Shown here piece by piece: positions 59,060 to 64,000 of a stretch of DNA of 64,000 nt. Numbering within the stretch: position 1 is the first letter of the stretch; each line of letters starts with the position of its first letter. Location: NCBI GenBank assembly GCA_951406725.2, contig OX597828.1, positions 44,454,001 to 44,518,000 on the forward strand, written 5' to 3'. Below the pieces are notes generated by a model, which was given only the letters and a program-made list of their open reading frames with translations, did no database searches and was not told where the DNA came from. The translations under genes and the position numbers were made by a program. The DNA comes from Octopus vulgaris. Taxonomy: Eukaryota.

Positions 59060-59942
59060 GTACCTTAATAAGTAAAATTTCTTTTAGTTATATAAGTATA
59101 TGTATGCATACAAATAAACAATGAAGTGATATTGTAGATACAGTATGGCCGAACAGTTACAGAGTTCATTTTGCAATCGCAGTGTATGGATTTTTGGCAT
59201 CCTGTCATTTTCAACAGCCTTGTATATTATAAGTGGAACTGCGTAGACATTAGCTTAACTTAAACTCGTCAGGTTGATTGTACCTGCTACTCAAAGGGTC
59301 CATCTTTGCTACACACCGCATCATGCTAATTCGGTCTGCGGATTACGTCAGGGGCTCAAATATGCACGGAACGGCATTGAATATTTTGGAGATATTTGGT
59401 ACTGGATATTTTACCCAGGCTTGTCTCTGGACCGTGACAGTAGAGTGAAAAGGGTCTGTGAAATGCTGTGAAAGCCTTATTGAACCTAAAATATTAGATT
59501 TTGTAATCGCCGGCGCAGCGATTATCTGGTGCCCGGTTGAGTAGGAGGGCGCCGTGCCGTAGACATAAACCATGCATACAAACGTGCGTACGTACGTACA
59601 TACATACATACATACATACATACATACATACATACATACATACATACATACATACATACATACATACATACATACATGTGCAATTAGAACAAGTTTATCG
59701 TCTTCACCATTGCAGTATCTGTTCCTACGCCCACTTTTGGTCTTCTAAAATGGTTACTATAAGAACTCAATGAGATACATGTTCGAATTCTGGCATTTCA
59801 TGTGGACAATGGTCAGTGATGGTCTTCCTCGGTCACAAGTGGACAGCTGTTATGTATGTATGTATGTATGTATGTATGTATGTATGTATGTATGTATGTA
59901 TGTATATATGCATGTATGTATGCATGTATGTATGTATGTATG

Positions 59943-59993
<51 letters not shown>

Positions 59994-59994
59994 G

Positions 59995-60025
<31 letters not shown>

Positions 60026-60026
60026 G

Positions 60027-60057
<31 letters not shown>

Positions 60058-60134
60058 GTATGTATGTATGTATGTATGTATGTATATATGCATGTATGTA
60101 TGCATGTATGTAAGTATGTATGTATGTATGTATG

Positions 60135-60168
<34 letters not shown>

Positions 60169-60197
60169 TGTATGTATGTATGTATGTATGTATGTAT

Positions 60198-60481
60198 AGT
60201 TAAGTTAATTTTTTGGCAAGGCCATGTAGGGGGACATGGAGTTGTGTACAGGGAGGGTGTTCATGCAAAGAGCTCAGGCCATTTCTGGTCAAGAGAGACT
60301 TTGAACCGAGCAGTTGTCTGCATCTTCACTATCTCATCCGGCAGCTTATTCCACGGATCCGCAACCCGGACGGAGAAAGCCCCTCTCCTTCGATTGAGAT
60401 GAAATCGTCGGAGATAGAGCTTTTCGGACTGACCCCGCAGCCGACGCTCTGGAACCGGAGTGAAGAACAGCTCTTTCGAGA
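60198..60481 (-). mobile_element. 3' end of a CR1-like LINE inside a (TATG)n array
   Basis: LRGQSEKL..RRGAFSVRVADPWNKLPDEIV..FKVSLD is the typical CR1-group ORF2 C-terminus; short 3'UTR then (TACA)n. Confidence 0.85.
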
Positions 60482-60565
60482 TGTATGTATGTATGTATGT
60501 ATGTATGTATGTATGTATGTATGTATGTATGTATGTGAGTATGTATGTATGTATGTATGTATTGC

Positions 60566-60888
60566 GTGACTGTGTGGTGATAAGCTTGCTTTCCAACCAC
60601 ATGGTTCTGGGTTCAGTCCCACTGCTTGGCACCTTGACCAGGTGTTTCCTACTGTAGCCCCAGGCTGACCAAAGCCTTGTGAATATATTTGGTCAAAGAA
60701 ATCGACCCTAGGACTTATTCTTTGTAAGCCTAGTACTTATTCTATCGGTGTCTTTTGCGAAACCGCTAAGTTACGGAGATGTAAACTCACCAACATGGGT
60801 TGTCAAACGAAGGGCTGGGGTGGGGACAAATACAGACACAATGACACTCTTATAAATACACACACACACATACATACATATATATATA

Positions 60889-60931
<43 letters not shown>

Positions 60932-61047
60932 CAGGCGTCTTTTAGTTTCCGTGTACCAAATCCACTCACAGGCTTTCCTCGGCTCGAAGCTATAGTAGAA
61001 AACACTTTTTCCAGGATGCCACGTAGTGGGACTGAACCCGGAAACAT
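60566..61047. mobile_element. Two SINE family A fragments in opposite orientation
   Basis: Plus-strand head at 60566-60693; minus-strand copy at 60697-61047. Confidence 0.75.
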
Positions 61048-61303
61048 GCGGTTGGAAAGCAAGCTTATTAGCTACCCTGATGTTTGTGCATCCTGGTTAT
61101 CATGTATATTCCCTTTTGACCCTCGCCTTCTCCCTTAATTCCTACCTCATTCATCTGATTTTCATCATTTTAAAGGCCTGTACTTTGTTCCTCGTTTGAT
61201 CACTCCACCTCTCTACAGTTTACTTCCTTCCACATTTTACTTCTCGGCAACAATCCCCCTCCCCCACTTTTTTTGCATACAGTTTAGCACCTTTATTTAT
61301 TTA

Positions 61304-62120
61304 CTAGCACTGATACCCGGCGTTGCTCAGGATCAAAACATATAGTTTGTGCATATATATTACAGTTATGTTAAAACAGGTGATACAGAAAAGTGCAGCA
61401 TTTACGACAAAACATTTTTTTGGAGTAAATTTTAAAGCTTTGCAGAAACAACAATTTGAGTTCAGCTCAGCAATTTGGACTGAATTATAGTTTTTATACG
61501 AATGGATCATATCTGAAAGCAGCTCCAGAAGTTGTAAAGAACGAATTTGTACGTGGACTATTAACTGATAATTGAACGGTAAATGTGATTTTTATACATC
61601 TTGGACTTAGTGTTATCACAGTGGAATTAAAGTGAAACTATTATAGTCTTATCACATCTATATGTATAAAAGTGAGGGTTTTTTCCATTTTAATGCATAT
61701 TTTTTAAATATAAGGGAAGTAACTCTCTAAAAATGTTTACGATGAGTCAACGATTTAAAAAAATTTACCATAATTTTTTTCCATTTTTAATGCATTTTTT
61801 GCTATTTTTTGGCTATAACTCTCTAAAAATGCTTTATAGTTATTTCCCTTACAAACCCGAGCAACGCCGGGCGATACTGCTAGTTAGAATTAATAGTTAG
61901 TGAAACTATTATAGTCTTTTCATATTAGAATTTAAAGTGAAACTATTATAGACTTATCACATTAGAATTAAAAGTGAAACTATTATAGTCTTTTCACAGA
62001 ATTAAAAGTGAAAGAATAAAAGTGAAACAATATTCACTTTTGACACGTAATACCGAAGCGAGTCAAACGTCGAAAACGTAATACATTCCTTCGTTATCAC
62101 AACAGAAAATATATATATAC
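61304..62120 (-). mobile_element. Probable Helitron carrying a ~37-bp minisatellite (right boundary uncertain)
   Basis: A|ctagcactgatacccggcgttgctcagg is the reversed 3' end; internal repeat ttagaattaaagtgaaactattatagtcttatcaca. Confidence 0.5.
61657..61883 (+). mobile_element. 227-bp non-autonomous Helitron
   Basis: A|TC...cccgagcaacgccgggcgatactgCTAG|T; the empty site cttatcaca^ttagaatta is present at about 61953-61970. Confidence 0.9.
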
Positions 62121-62408
62121 TACACTGTTTGGACTTAATTACTTTTTTTTTTTTTACCGCAGCAGACATTCTTCGGATCTTACTGTTTTATAACTTTTTA
62201 AGGCTTAGTAAGAAGAGGAAGGAGAGTGGATCCGAGACTGATGGAGGAAAGGAAAGAAAGGTTTACCGTTATTTTATTTATTTTTTTTCTTTTTCTTTTC
62301 AGCTTGCTGAAAAACTGTAAGTAAACATGCGAATGAAATGAAAATGAAATACAAGAGAGGTGGGAAAGTAAGAAATTGAAGTAATACTGTATTTTAGAAA
62401 AAGTGCAG

Positions 62409-62829
62409 GGATCTTTTCGGTTTGAACGGCAGTTTTTTTCTAGCGGTGTCATATGAAATTGTCACCCATAATTATGACCCTAGTATCGATCTATTGCATT
62501 TCAATCTTATCTTAGGGTTAGGGGTGGGGGAAAGGGTATCTTTTTTTTCTTTACAAATGTAAATAAACCCAATCCGTTTCTTAAACGAGGGACATATTCA
62601 TACGGCACAGAATGTTTTTTTTACTTCAATAGACGTCATTGATTGGTTGAAATTGCAGAAATTGAAGAAAAAACAACAACAAATATCTTACAAACTATAG
62701 AATTTTCTCAATAAAGCCAAGAGAAAAAGATGTTTTATAAACACATTCTACCAGTATACGAAGTTTAGAAGTGTTTAGTTAGGTGGAAATTATTTAAAAA
62801 AAAACTGCCCGTTCAAACCGAAAAGATCC
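62409..62829 (+). mobile_element. Merlin-like MITE
   Basis: TIR ggatcttttcggtttgaacggcagttttt; perfect 8-bp TSD aagtgcag; GG termini. Confidence 0.85.
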
Positions 62830-63008
62830 AAGTGCAGAAACTAAAGAATATAATTTATATAACATGAAAACATGATGTATTGAAATAAAAAACATAACAT
62901 TTATAAGATTGCAAAAATAACGATTACTGAATTAATTCCCTCATATGTGTTCGTGGAAGTAGGATATGAATAAAACATTGCTCGAACCTCATAGTCAGTG
63001 CGGTTTCC

Positions 63009-63416
63009 GGATCTTTTCGGTTTGAACGGCAGTTTTTAACATAATTTCTAGGTAACTAAAAAATTTTAAACTTCGTATACTGGTAGAATGTGTTTATAAA
63101 TCATCTTTTTCTCTTGGCTTTATTGAGAAAATTCTATAGTTTGTAACATATTTGTTGTTTATTTTTCTTCAATTTCTGCAATTTCAACCAATTACTGACG
63201 TGTATTGAGGTAAAAAAAAACATTCTGCGCCGTATGAATATGTCCCTCGTTTAAGAAACAGATTGGTTTATTTACATTTGTGAAGAAAAAAAAGATACCC
63301 TTCCCCCACCCCTAAAACAGATTGAAATGCAATAGATCAATACTAGGGTCATAATTATGGGTGACAATTTCATATGACACCGCTAGAAAAAACTGCCGTT
63401 CAAACCGAAAAGTTCC
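63009..63416 (-). mobile_element. Second copy of the Merlin-like MITE, inverted
   Basis: Same TIR; decayed TSD cggtttcc/cagtttct. Confidence 0.85.
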
Positions 63417-64000
63417 CAGTTTCTTTTTAACCAATGTTCATTTTTCAACTGAATGCGTTTGAATGATGACATTATTTGGGTTCAGGTGTAAAAATTCCTT
63501 TGCATAATCCGACATGCAGTACTTAATACATCGCTTGTTGCTAGAATAAACGTTGACACCTGTTGTCGCAACATGATTTAAAGAGTATTCAGGAAATAAA
63601 TAGAGAAGTTACCCTCAGTTCTTCTGTATTTTATATTGTCGTTTTTTGACTTTTTTACTTTCATTGTTTTTTTTTTCTCGCATTTCACTTTCAGTTTATT
63701 TTTTCTTTTACGTGCTAAAATAAGACGTAAAAGCAACGGCGACACATTGATAGCTTCAGACTGGTGATATCGGTTATATATAAGAACAGATTAGGTAACT
63801 TCAAACTTTTGTTAAAAATTAAAAAAACTAAAAAAAAAACTGAAACATTAGATTATAAAGTGAAATTAACCAAACAAGCATCGACGTAAACTGAAAATCT
63901 GTCGATGTGTGAAATAAGGTCAGGTTAAAATGAAAGTGAATATAATTGTAATACGGTAGCATTGATTAAGTAAATTCTAGTTAAAGACATCGTAAACATC

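Noticed and set aside
59160-59560. Complex-sequence island, possibly coding or TE-derived
   Set aside because: No motif I can recognise in any frame; left unassigned
61610-62030. CRISPR-like ~37-bp repeats
   Set aside because: Contiguous units with no unique spacers, eukaryotic context, no cas genes
62511-62523. Telomeric TTAGGG repeat
   Set aside because: Only two units, internal to a MITE

Overview
AT-rich, microsatellite-saturated animal DNA in which I find no host protein-coding gene. The SINE families resemble those known from octopods, so a cephalopod intron or intergenic region is likely (inference). Almost every ORF in the supplied track is a translation of simple repeats or SINEs. 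The real content is a layered set of decayed mobile elements: many copies of three or four tRNA-derived SINE families, remnants of R4/Dong, CR1-like, RTE-like and Penelope-like retroelements, three decayed Tc1/mariner/pogo transposons, several MITEs (two Merlin-like) and several non-autonomous Helitrons plus a Helitron helicase remnant. The most striking signal is a set of minimal type I hammerhead-ribozyme motifs (stem I-CUGANGA-stem II-GAAA-palindromic stem III-UH-stem I). Four are structurally complete (15.9, 24.6, 33.2 and 41.7 kb) and several more are degenerate, in largely unrelated sequence contexts. Other notable structures are a 2.9-kb (TATG)n array inside one copy of a tandem duplication, an apparent SINE-mediated templated insertion, and retroelement families that each sit in a specific microsatellite. 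All coordinates were read by eye and may be off by a few bases.
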